64,000 bases of DNA, taken from Eukaryota sp. TZLM1-RC. Its lineage: Eukaryota > Protista > Metamonada: BaSk clade. The notes beneath the pieces are model-generated. The model was not told the DNA's origin, did not search any database, and was given only the letters and a program-made list of their open reading frames with translations. The position numbers and the translations under genes were made by a program. The stretch's first letter is position 1. Each line of letters begins with the position of its first letter. Positions 50,660-61,093 of this stretch are shown one piece after another. Where the stretch lies: assembly GCA_040285825.1 (NCBI GenBank), contig JAUPSS010000005.1:868001-932000 (forward strand), given 5' to 3'.

Positions 50660-51979
50660 ATGCATCTTCCCCACGTTGATGTGTTGGGCAGACCTCACGA
50701 AATAGATGTTCCAGAAGTTGTGGAAGATGTTATTGAAGTTCCAGATGGTAATGTTTGCTTATTCAATCCGTCTGGGGCGTATCTTGTTATAGGATTATTC
50801 AATGGTCTTATACACATCGTTGACTATTACACACGGTCTATAGCTTCCACATTAGATGCTCATGATTCATGCATAACAGCTATCAATTGGTCATCATGTT
50901 CAAAATACCTCCTAGCAGGTTCTCAAGATGGTAGAGTCACGCTATGGGATGCTTCTTCTGGTTCTCTTTTATCTTGTCTATCTCTTTCAGAAACTATAAC
51001 TAATGTTTCTTTTCACCCACACGTCCCCTCCAATGTCCTTATCTCTTCCCACACCTCTCCTCCCAGGATGCTTTCCTTCTCTCCCTCTTTTGAACTCACT
51101 TCCTCATCTTTCATCTTTGCCTCCCAAAAGTCTGGCCCTTGTTTGGCTCTCTTCTCTTCTTGTGGTAGTAACGTGTTTGTAGCAAGACGAATCACTTCTT
51201 CCCCTAAGAGTAGTTCTTATCTGTCTGTGCTCTCTTGGCCATCAATGACCACTTTAGTAACCACCCCCATAGCGACAACCGTGAACACAATGATAAACTC
51301 AATTAGTGGGAAACTAGTCTTGTTGAACTGTGATGATCATAAAGCAAGGGTTTTTAAACTGTCTGACTCCAATCAATCAACCAATCAACTAGTTTCCGTT
51401 GCTGAACTATCAGATGCTGTTTCTTCGAGCCATTGGAAATGTTTTGCATTTAGCCCTAATGAAGAGTACATAATTGCTGCAACTATTGGTGGCACAAGCA
51501 GATTATTCGTATGGAATATATTATTTAATCAATTCATTAAAACGATGGACACTCCAAAAGAAGGAGTTGCTTCTCTCTCATGGCACCCTACTAAACCAAT
51601 TACTGTGGCCTTGGGGGGTAATGGGTTGGTGTTTTATGGACCTGTAGATGAGGTGAGAAGTGATAAGTGGAAGAGGTTTTTGCCAAATTTTGAACCATTA
51701 GAAGACAATGAATATTTCAGCGAGCCAGAGGATCAATTTGATGAGGAATGGGTGAGTAATCAAATGATTGAAGGTCATAAATCGGATATTGAGCTTACAG
51801 AACAGATATTATTACCCCCTTCATTAGTGAACTCTCATATTAATCCACAATGCTTAAGCTTTTGTGTACCTTGCCGTGAATTTAAAGAAGAATTAGTTTT
51901 AAATAAAATTGTTGAGGTTGATAGATCGGAGGATGATGTTGATGCTGTTTTTGAAAAGGCAAGAAGTGTTATGGGTTGA
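50660..51979 (+). CDS. RBBP5: WD40 protein RBBP5/SWD1 (COMPASS subunit)
   Basis: WD40 repeats, WHPTKP, and W..FLPNFEPLEDNEY.SEPEDQFD signature. Confidence 0.85.
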   Translation: MHLPHVDVLGRPHEIDVPEVVEDVIEVPDGNVCLFNPSGAYLVIGLFNGLIHIVDYYTRSIASTLDAHDSCITAINWSSCSKYLLAGSQDGRVTLWDASSGSLLSCLSLSETITNVSFHPHVPSNVLISSHTSPPRMLSFSPSFELTSSSFIFASQKSGPCLALFSSCGSNVFVARRITSSPKSSSYLSVLSWPSMTTLVTTPIATTVNTMINSISGKLVLLNCDDHKARVFKLSDSNQSTNQLVSVAELSDAVSSSHWKCFAFSPNEEYIIAATIGGTSRLFVWNILFNQFIKTMDTPKEGVASLSWHPTKPITVALGGNGLVFYGPVDEVRSDKWKRFLPNFEPLEDNEYFSEPEDQFDEEWVSNQMIEGHKSDIELTEQILLPPSLVNSHINPQCLSFCVPCREFKEELVLNKIVEVDRSEDDVDAVFEKARSVMG

Positions 51980-52649
51980 TTGGGTTGATCAATCAATTTG
52001 ATTAGCTAAGATTTGATTAGCTTTTGTGTATTTTTACGGATTTTTTGCTTAGAGTTTAATTTTATAAATTTTAATTTGATGATTGTAATTTCTGTTTGCG
52101 CTTGTCTAGTCTTTGACAATTCAACAAATGTCGGCGGTAAATTAGCCAGAAGTACATTTTGTAAATGGTTACTACGAAAGCGGCAATGCAAGGTCATCTT
52201 TGAGAATATCTCATCATCATGAATTGAGAAAGCTGCTTCGTAAGTAGTTGGTTGTTGTATTTGATGTAGTTGGTGAATCAAGGTGTAAAATCATGTATCA
52301 AAATCATCTTATTTGCCTTAAACATCATTTAGAGCAGTAAACGTCACCATTTTTGGCAGGATTGCTCATAGCCTACTTAATTATCAGAAATTATGAGGTT
52401 TGGGCTTTGAGAAGTAAATCATTTACAACCTGATTGGAAATATGAATTAAATGTATAATTTTCCAAGAGATTTCAGTTAAGGAGAAAAGCAACGTGGAAA
52501 AGAGTTTGCAATTAGGCTCCCGGAGACTTCAATATTTGATTTGGTCTATCAAGTGAACTCAAACTAATCACCAATAGTGTACACTGTCCATTCCAAGTTT
52601 TCTAAACCTCACTTAGTACATCAATTACAAGTTGCATTAACATTATAAA

Positions 52650-54150
52650 TTTTTTAAGAACTGATCCGAAACGACAGAAGAAGATTATTAATTATTTAGA
52701 AGCTTAATCACTGAACAATCAAATTAGCTTGGCTAAAAACTCCGGTGATTCCTCTTTGAAATTAATTTTGTCTTCTTTGTGTAATTTAAATTCTTTCCAA
52801 AACAGTTCATCTTGCTTGATAACTCGAGTTCCTCGCCGTTTTGGATTACTGCTTTCGGATATTCGATTTTTGACAGTCATGCGATTAAGACTTACTATAT
52901 TTTCTCTCCAATGCTTATCAAATGTGAGCTGTAAAGGTTCTGCTTATGCGTCATTTGATCATGTTATTTTCTTCTGCAAATTCACTCAAAAAAGATCAAT
53001 TATCCACAATGCTGTTAATGATTGTATTTTTGAGCTGGGCTCATTACCCAGTTCGTTTAGAACCACTGTTTGATGAAGTAAATTTCAGTTTGAGCTAAAA
53101 ACGAGGTGACATTCGATGTGCTTGGTATGATGGATCCGAACTAATTATCGATTGTACCACCATATCTCCGTGGAAAAGCAGTTTAAATTCTGACATTCAA
53201 CATTTATTTAAAGTTGCAGAACATTTCAAGAAATCAAAATACGAAGTTCTTCTTCAATGTTTCAATCGAACAAGAGGCAGAAACATCAGATTTGTTCCAA
53301 TTGCTATATCAATTTTTGGTACCATTGGATATGAGGTCTTAATTTTTTGGATGATTTGGGGAAACAAGAAGCAAAGTGCATAATAACGTCAGGGACCAAA
53401 TTTATGTAATGTGCAAATCATATCGTGTAGATTCCTTTTTAGAACCGCTGTTATCAAAATTAATTCTTGATGATCCCAATATTGATAGTACGCGTTACAA
53501 CAGAGCTTCTATGGGTCTGACTAGAGGTGATCTAGTTGTTCCTGGTTTAAATGGTAGTTTTACTATTTTGGACGCCATGTCTATTGACCCTTGTAATTCC
53601 TCTAAGGAACATTTCATTAATTCGGATGTAAATAATCCTCTTCTTGCAGGCGAAAAATATAAAATTGCTAAATATGCGAAACCCATTTCCTCAGTTAATG
53701 AAAATTCTCATGCCCAATATAATTTATGTCCATTTGTTTTTTCTTTGCTTGGATCTCTAGGTAAGGCTGCTATGGCTTTCCTTGAGGATTTTGTTGTAGT
53801 TGTAAAGGAAAGAACTGGAAGAATTTTCAATCGTGTTTACTGGCAAAACAGGATTGTATTTTCTATTTTTAAGGGAATGGTAACACTAATTTCTGATTCA
53901 CTATCTTCTTTTGGGAAATTTTCTGAATCTTTAGCGATTAATTGTTTTGATGTAGGGGAGGCAGGTTTTGAGGATGTGGAGTTTTAATTGTGTATTTCAT
54001 ATTTGTTGTTGAATAAAAATAAATTTGGGGAAACTTCTCAAAGAAAGTGGTCCTACATTTGACTTACTGATTTGGAAGAAAAGAATCGTATTCTCGTTTT
54101 TGAAGGCTCTTCCTCGTTTTATTAACTCCTTTTTAAATAACATTACAATT
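52650..54150 (+). pseudogene. Decayed family H CRE-like 3' region, split by a family F insertion
   Basis: ORF 52729-53073, RGDIRC..IIDCTT; sequence resumes after the TSD at 54035 matching 32935 onward. Confidence 0.7.
53366..54022 (+). mobile_element. CRE-like family F, 5'-truncated, 12-bp TSD
   Basis: ATTTGGGGAAAC at 53354-53365 and 54023-54034; near-identical to 17267-17923. Confidence 0.92.
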
Positions 54151-54381
54151 TTATAACAATTGAGTTGTTATAAATGAGAATAGCGAAAATCTCCCGTCAT
54201 TCGATTGATGGGGTTCGTAGGGGAAAAGTATTAGTTAAGGTTTGTTGTTGAGTGGTAAAATGTGATTGTTCCAGGAATAAAACCGATTTTTATTACCTAT
54301 CACTCAATTAACATTATAAATTAAAGATATTCAAAAATACTAAAATTTATCTATTATACAATTAAAACAAAAATTAAATAC

Positions 54382-56229
54382 TCAACTCATCCTGCTCAAT
54401 ACACCTTCCAAATCCTCTAATTTTTCAGCTAATCCATCGCTTGATTGATTAATAAAAGCAAACTTTGACAGCAACCTCTCCATACAATCAAATCTCACAT
54501 TTGCTGTCACATCACCACCGCACTCAACGCACCCATCCTCCATATTTCTAATGCAATCTAAACAAAAAGAATGGCCACAAGAAAGCAAAGTGGGCTCGGT
54601 GTACAATTTAAAACAACAAAGGCAAGATAAATCTGTTTTGAGAGAGTCAACATTTTTCTGCAAAGTCAAGGTTTTTCCTGCCAAATTTGAGCCACATTCT
54701 TTCATTTTCTGTAATATTTCAGATTCATTGAGTTTTTTGATTTCATTATTTAATTCATCAATTCTAGAATTTGCTTCATGAAGTGCATTCGAAAGCCTTC
54801 CAACTTCATTTCTGAAGGATTTCTTAGCTTTTTCTACTTCTTTTTTGGTTGATAAAAGTTCACTCTTCGCTGAATCTCTTTCTTCTACTAACTTTGACAT
54901 TTTTTCGTTGAAATCCGTTGACTTTTCTTCACTAAAGCTCTCTAAATGACCCAATCTAAGTTTTAGTTCTTGATTTTCCTTCTCTATTCTATCAAACCTT
55001 ACACTAAGCGCCTCAAACGCCTTCTTCTCCATCATTAATTTTCCTTCTAGCTCAACATTGCTTTGATTCAAAGTTTTGATTTGATCATGAAGGGCGTTAC
55101 ATTCCATCACGTGACCATCAATAAGTGATTGTTTTTGATCAGCTAAAATTCCTTTTTCTTCTTGAAGTTCATGTTTAATCAATAGATTGGCTTCCAAATG
55201 ACGCTCATTCTGAACAGAAAGTTCTTCAATACGATTACGAAGCTCGAAATTTTCACCTTCCAAATTTTTAATATCTTGTTCAAATTTTCCCCTGATCTCT
55301 TCCAGTTCTTTAAAGTGATCTTCTCTTTCTTTAACACATCTGCTTTCCCAATCCTTGGCAACCATTGTTGTCCTCGAATGAGCATCTGATTGAAGGTCAT
55401 TAATTTGATCAATCAACGTCATATTTTGAGCCTCTACATCATTGATTGACCTATTCAACGCAGAAGACTCTTGTTTTGCTTGTCTTAATTCTTGAGATAC
55501 TTCGTAATAATCCTGTTCCATATTCATTAGGTCATTTCTCAAAACTTCATTTGACTTTTTAAAACTTTCTCGCTCAGTCAAAGCATTATTGAGCTGCTGT
55601 TCCATATTTGAGCTATCATTTTTAACCTTACTGAGCTCTTGTTTCAAAAATTTGATCTGTTTGGCCAAATTTTCCTTTTCAGCAGTAACTCTATTATGCT
55701 GAGATGTCAGTTGCCTCAGAGATATGTCTTGAAGTTTGTTCCTATTTTTAGAATCACTGGAGGTTGATTGCAGAGTTTTTAACTGTTGAAGGGCATCATC
55801 ACGTTCAGTTTCCGTTTTCAGCAGTCTATCACGTAGCTCATCAACATGTTCCTGTAATTTGGTAGAATTATACGTCCTACTAGATTCAGTAGAGGCCTCC
55901 CGTCTGAGGTCTCTTAATTCGGCTGTCACATTCTCTAACTGAGTCCTGTCAGCAGCAGATCTAATGGAGAGGTCCTCATAGGTACGGCGAAGAGAACGAA
56001 GGGTGGATTGACATTCGACGAGTTCATTGGTTTTCGAGTTGAGTTGTTGGCGGAGTTGGACAACAAGTTGCTGGTCATCGTCGGCAAGAGCCTTGAGTTT
56101 GGCGTATTTGCGACGTAGATCAGCCTCAGCAGAAGTAGTAGGTGTAGAACGATCAGGATTGATTGAAGTAAGAGGAGTAGCAGAACGAGCCTCCCGGACA
56201 AGTCCTTTGAGCTCTCGTGGGGTTCTCAT
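54382..56229 (-). CDS. Long coiled-coil protein with C-terminal C3HC4 RING finger (putative E3 ligase)
   Basis: Heptad-rich E/K/Q/L body; CLCC..PTLLSCGHSFCLDC..CVEC. Confidence 0.85.
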   Translation of the reverse strand: MRTPRELKGLVREARSATPLTSINPDRSTPTTSAEADLRRKYAKLKALADDDQQLVVQLRQQLNSKTNELVECQSTLRSLRRTYEDLSIRSAADRTQLENVTAELRDLRREASTESSRTYNSTKLQEHVDELRDRLLKTETERDDALQQLKTLQSTSSDSKNRNKLQDISLRQLTSQHNRVTAEKENLAKQIKFLKQELSKVKNDSSNMEQQLNNALTERESFKKSNEVLRNDLMNMEQDYYEVSQELRQAKQESSALNRSINDVEAQNMTLIDQINDLQSDAHSRTTMVAKDWESRCVKEREDHFKELEEIRGKFEQDIKNLEGENFELRNRIEELSVQNERHLEANLLIKHELQEEKGILADQKQSLIDGHVMECNALHDQIKTLNQSNVELEGKLMMEKKAFEALSVRFDRIEKENQELKLRLGHLESFSEEKSTDFNEKMSKLVEERDSAKSELLSTKKEVEKAKKSFRNEVGRLSNALHEANSRIDELNNEIKKLNESEILQKMKECGSNLAGKTLTLQKNVDSLKTDLSCLCCFKLYTEPTLLSCGHSFCLDCIRNMEDGCVECGGDVTANVRFDCMERLLSKFAFINQSSDGLAEKLEDLEGVLSRMS

Positions 56230-56269
56230 TTGAGGAAGAGGTGTGGGATATGAAGGGATGTGTGAATTT

Positions 56270-56479
56270 GGTCTGATTTCTTAGTCTTAGTCACAGGTTT
56301 GATCTTAATCTGTGGTTTTCATTTGAAATGCATACTTTCGTCAAGTATCATTCAAACTTATTCCAAGAACTTTCATTCTTGGTGAGATCGTCCACAGACG
56401 TTCTAGAATCCTCGAATAATTGGCCACCAATCTCAGTGAGCCCATTTCTCCTCTAAAACAATACGTAGCTTTGAAGCTA
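56270..56479 (-). ncRNA. Candidate omega RNA (scaffold plus guide) of the Fanzor at 56477-58717
   Basis: Five back-to-back stem-loops at 56466-56479, 56383-56435, 56363-56382, 56322-56356 and 56292-56314 starting at the stop codon. Confidence 0.65.
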
Positions 56480-58567
56480 GTTTGTTTGTGGTCTCTGGAA
56501 CGCTTCTGGTCTTGTTCCATAGTAGTGCTCACTAATTGCAATGTCTAGCTGATTTAGTGATGCAGAAATGTCTCTAGACCATACTTGATTACATTCCGGA
56601 CAACTGAAATTGGCGTTGTGAACTTTAACTTCACCATCAACTTCTCTATAGATCTTTTGGTGTAGCATCTTGCAGCAGTTCACCTTTGCAGATGTCATAT
56701 ATTCATCTCCGATCTTCACATTAGCAAATGAACATTGTAACAACTTGAGAAATGCCTTACGTGGAGTTTTCACTTTTTGACGTGATGTACCACCACCTCC
56801 ATTGCCAAACCACACCTTTACTTCTCGACCGTTTGCAAATTTTTTCACTTTGTTGATAATGGAGCTGAATCTTTTCTGTTTTCTTATAAAGAAGTCAAAT
56901 GTGTTTCTCCTCAATGCTTTTCGAGCACTCAGATATAATTGCTGTTTTAGCAATGATCGTCTTACGTTATTACCTTCATAGTCCTTATAGTCACCGATAG
57001 TTGATATTTCAAGCAGATAATGGTTCAATTTCTGCACGTCATAAACATCTATTGATGAGTGGGTCAGTGAAGCGGAGTGATTGATTTTTCGTTGCTTTGG
57101 TGCCAAGAAGATATTGGATACGGTCGGCCCTGAACGTGTTCCAATGCTGGAACCACATAGATTTGAGTGGTTGATGGCCCAGAACACCATTTCCGTTTGG
57201 TCATCAGGTGCCTGCCACTCAGTAGCTTTTGGTTTCTGGCGAGGTCTTGGCCGTTCAACCTTGGCTTGCAGGGTATGTTTTCTGTTCCGAGTGGTTTCGT
57301 AGTAGTCAAGTTCCCCTCTGGATCTCTTATTACTCAAGGCTTCTCCGGACAATCTCACTCGTGTTGCTTTGGGGTGCGGTTTGAAAGTTATACGGACACT
57401 ATCACCATTAGAAGACATGGTGTAGTCATTAGCTTTTGTTTTAAACAATAAATAAGGGTTTTTCAAAATTGTTTGTGATGTGTTTTTGGAGATAAAATGG
57501 TTGAGAACCCATGTGGAAAAGGGGACAAAAGCAGGCTTCAAACTAGCGATGGGAGTGAGTCTATGTCGTCTAAAGGTATATGGAAAGGCTTGCTCCAGGT
57601 AGTTTTGGATTGTTAAGCCGCAACGAAAGATGTAGGTACTGTTCTCTTGATTAAGAGTCACTCTTCGAGAAGAAAGAAGAGTGTTGTACCTTTGAGGATC
57701 ACCAACCAAAAAGTTAAACAGAGTAAGAGCCATGGTATGGTGAGTGTTGAACCAAGAAAGAAGAGGTTCACGAAAGTTCGTGCTGTTGTGAAGAACAGAA
57801 CCAGCATAAGTGGCTGGTGCAGGGCAGTTATAACCTACCGCATACGAGCGGAAGAAGTTAAGCTTCCACGACACAAGTCCATCAGCAAGAAGCTGCTGGT
57901 AGTTGCCTTGCAGCTGGCGGCACTTTGCATCCACTAGTTGTTGTAGAGGCCTACTAGTGGGTAGTGCATGATTACGACCTGTTCTTGACAAGAACAAGAC
58001 AGCAAACGACCATGATGTAGAGATTCGCTCGAGCTTCTCATACACATGGCCTTTGCCAGGTCTGTTAAATGGATGTCTGACTTTTGGCTTAGAGACCGCC
58101 ACAAAGTCAAGACACTGGATCCAGAATTGATGCTGAGTCAGGAAATGACTGTCTTCAGGGAAGCGCACAGCAAAAACTCTGGCCAGCAAACTGCCGAGGT
58201 GAGCCATGGTGGTCACCTTGGTCAGCTGTCCATCAATGTAATCACACACTGGCCGCTCAAAGAACTGATGAAGGGAGCAGGCACGTGCCCATAACTGCAT
58301 AGTCCTTACTGAAAACGGAAGGTGCAGACAATCAAAAATGATTGATTTCTCAGTTTCAGTTACTTTTAAAATTTGGTGTATTTTCAACTCCTTACATCCA
58401 CAAAACAATGAAACATGCACAAACTGATAAATAGACAAATTTATAATAGATACTGGACATGCTTTAAGCATTTTCTTTCCTAAAAATAGTAAACTGATGT
58501 GAAATTTGACGAAATTGTTGTTAGTCAAAGCAGTTGTTCGTTTAATCAAGGGTGTTTGTAGATTCAA
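56477..58567 (-). CDS. Fanzor1-like (eukaryotic TnpB homologue) RNA-guided nuclease-fold protein, family 1; start uncertain (ATG 58300, or 58717 across an interruption)
   Basis: VWFGNG, DEYMTS, CC..CPEC zinc finger, WSRDISASLN, terminal RPEAFQR; RuvC-I position reads WAINHS. Confidence 0.85.
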   Translation of the reverse strand: MNLQTPLIKRTTALTNNNFVKFHISLLFLGKKMLKACPVSIINLSIYQFVHVSLFCGCKELKIHQILKVTETEKSIIFDCLHLPFSVRTMQLWARACSLHQFFERPVCDYIDGQLTKVTTMAHLGSLLARVFAVRFPEDSHFLTQHQFWIQCLDFVAVSKPKVRHPFNRPGKGHVYEKLERISTSWSFAVLFLSRTGRNHALPTSRPLQQLVDAKCRQLQGNYQQLLADGLVSWKLNFFRSYAVGYNCPAPATYAGSVLHNSTNFREPLLSWFNTHHTMALTLFNFLVGDPQRYNTLLSSRRVTLNQENSTYIFRCGLTIQNYLEQAFPYTFRRHRLTPIASLKPAFVPFSTWVLNHFISKNTSQTILKNPYLLFKTKANDYTMSSNGDSVRITFKPHPKATRVRLSGEALSNKRSRGELDYYETTRNRKHTLQAKVERPRPRQKPKATEWQAPDDQTEMVFWAINHSNLCGSSIGTRSGPTVSNIFLAPKQRKINHSASLTHSSIDVYDVQKLNHYLLEISTIGDYKDYEGNNVRRSLLKQQLYLSARKALRRNTFDFFIRKQKRFSSIINKVKKFANGREVKVWFGNGGGGTSRQKVKTPRKAFLKLLQCSFANVKIGDEYMTSAKVNCCKMLHQKIYREVDGEVKVHNANFSCPECNQVWSRDISASLNQLDIAISEHYYGTRPEAFQRPQTN

Positions 58568-59329
58568 AAAATTCGTAAAGTTTCACAATTTAATTCCCTT
58601 ATTCAGTTCAAACACGTTACCAAGGGAAGTCACAACACCCGTTTCTTTCTTACCATTTCTTTCCCTCTTTGACGAAGAACCTTTTGCTCCTCGTTCAACT
58701 ATATCTGAATTCGCCATGGATCTTTGTGGAACTGTTGGCTTTTCTATTATAGCGATTATAGGTTTCGTTTAGTGTGCTCACACATTGACTATAAAACATT
58801 GAATCCCATAAAATAGACTAACAAAAGACAGTCTGTATAGACACTACTGGCTATTCATGAGTCTAAACTCGAGTCTACTGCAGATCGTCCATCCCAAGCT
58901 GTGCCAACAACTTCTGCTGTGTCACCCCTTTCAGCTGCACTTCTTGTCTTGAAACTAGACATCTGAATACCTATTATTACCATCAGTTATCAATATACAC
59001 CCTTACACCTCTGGTATCGTTTGTTCACTCTCTACGAATCAACTCACTCCAATCTTAATCTACTCCAGTCTAACCTACTGCTGAAATACATGAACTTCTA
59101 AAGTCTAATGAGCAGAAGATTTTTGAACTTAATGAACTCCAATTGAAACTGCATTGAAGACACTTGTAATGTTAGTCAACATGGCTTCCTTGTAGAGATT
59201 GATTTTGACTAATTTCATATTAATGTTGTGTGATACGATAATAAGTCTGAAGGCGTCCACGCTGCTATGAGTGAAACCTATCCCCTTGAATTCAGGTTCG
59301 GACTCTTGAAAAAGCAGATTTTCTGGTTA

Positions 59330-59383
59330 ATAACCTATTTCTACCTATAAATAACCTAAAATAACCTATAAATAACCTATAAC
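59330..59383. repeat. Short degenerate tandem repeat, ~10-11 bp unit TAACCTATAAA x5
   Basis: taacctattt ctacctataa ataacctaaa ataacctata aataacctat aac. Confidence 0.75.
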
Positions 59384-59545
59384 TAATAGTTCCAAAATAA
59401 AATATTATCGATTCATGTTTTATAGTGTTCGTTCAAGTGTTGGTAAAAAAATAGTGTTGGTGAAAGAGTGTAAGAATTTGTGGGAAGGGAAGTTTATGTG
59501 AAAAGATTCAATTGCCCACAAATGCAGTGAAATTGCACACAACTG

Positions 59546-60776
59546 ATGAATTTCACTTATCATGTATTCCCATGTAAAATTCACTCCTGTTTTCAACTTT
59601 CTCAATGTCTACTCACAGGCTGTGAGAGACATGTAGCGTCATTTGACAAAGACAATCATGATCTTCATCAATGGGCTACCTCAGTAAAAGACACCTACTG
59701 CTTTCACAGAACAAAGCCTCGCGACATGATGTATCTAAGTGCATCTACCAAATGCTACTAAGGTATTTGTAGATCGGTCTCAAAAGTTTTTCAAAAAAAT
59801 TAAAAAAAAAATAAAATACTCAAAGTAAAACATCAGTTTTTCCAAAGTTTTTGTTTCTACATGCTCAGGTTACTCATTCATCTTCTCAACAGAGCAGCTG
59901 GGCGAATGTGTCTTTCCGGCCACAATTCCCCTTTCTTCTAAATTAAATATTTTTTGCAGCGCAAATTTCTCTGTCATATACTACTTGACACTCAGTACAA
60001 ATACGCATCTGCCATGTGCCTGCTTGAATATTCACGGCCATTCAACAAATGAAAAGTTTGCTTGTATTAAATTCACTGGTTGACAAGTGCTTCATGTCCT
60101 TTTGATAACACAAACATTTTCGAAAAGCCCTTGCTGATCCTTATAGATAGAATTTTCGGCAATGAGAAGGGAAATTAGCAGAACCCACAGCAAGGTAGAG
60201 TTTTTCAGGATGTCCAGCCAGCCTTTGAAATTTGTTGAGACTCTCACGGAAACGTCTCTCTTTTCGTTTGCGATTAACAAATTAAATTATCTTTCATTTC
60301 TGGCGATTACTTTCCAAATACACTTGCCTCCTGACCAAATTCCAATGGTTCAAATATTGGTTGAAATTTTGAACAGAATATTGGTTGGGGAGTGTTTACT
60401 GGGTGAAGGTTTTGTCATGTATCTTCTGCCAGTTGGACAATTGATAAATCCACATTCATTAGCAGTTAAGAAGTAACCACATAATCTACATAGTCCCAGA
60501 TCAACGCCAACAAGTGGCTTTTCAGGTAAAATTTCGACTGTATGTCTACGTCTTCGACCGGGCATTCTTTAGTGCTCTTCAACTGTGTTTCTCTGGTTTT
60601 GTTGGCATCAGGGTCACTTTTCATTTCTTTTTACAATCGTGGTTTCTTTTTCGGTGGTTCATCCAGGTCATCTGTGTGTAAGACCATTGTTTGTATATTC
60701 GCTTCAGACGTGTATTATTGATGAACTTTGTTTTGGAAGATGATCCTTCAATAAGTGGGAATTTTTTCACAGAGTG
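59546..60776 (-). mobile_element. Decayed Fanzor/TnpB-like element, family 2, copy 2 (candidate omega RNA at 59546-59785)
   Basis: PLVGVDLG (ORF 60350-60565), EFNTSK, CTEC, DREICAAKNI; reverse-complement homology with 46317-47650. Confidence 0.8.
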
Positions 60777-61093
60777 GAAAATTTGTCAAGGTACCTCATG
60801 AAATTTAAACCTTTATGAGAAGCTGAAAGTATTATTCTAAATTTCTTTCAGTAATGCATATGAGAATAGAAAGTGTGTAAGTATTGTAAAATTTTAAGAT
60901 TGAAGAGAAAAAGCTCACCAATTTCCTTTGATGAAGATGTTGGCGCCCTAAGGCTTATATAATATGAATGGAAAATAAATCAGACTTTTCTTTACTACAA
61001 TAGACTTTAGGCAACAATAATTATTGGCCATTTTAAAGTCAAAAGGTATACCATAACTTCAGCATTAGTAAACATCCCCAGATACTTTACAGC

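Noticed and set aside
59330-59383. Telomere-like repeat
   Set aside because: Only five degenerate 10-11 bp units, internal, not a regular TTAGGG-type array.
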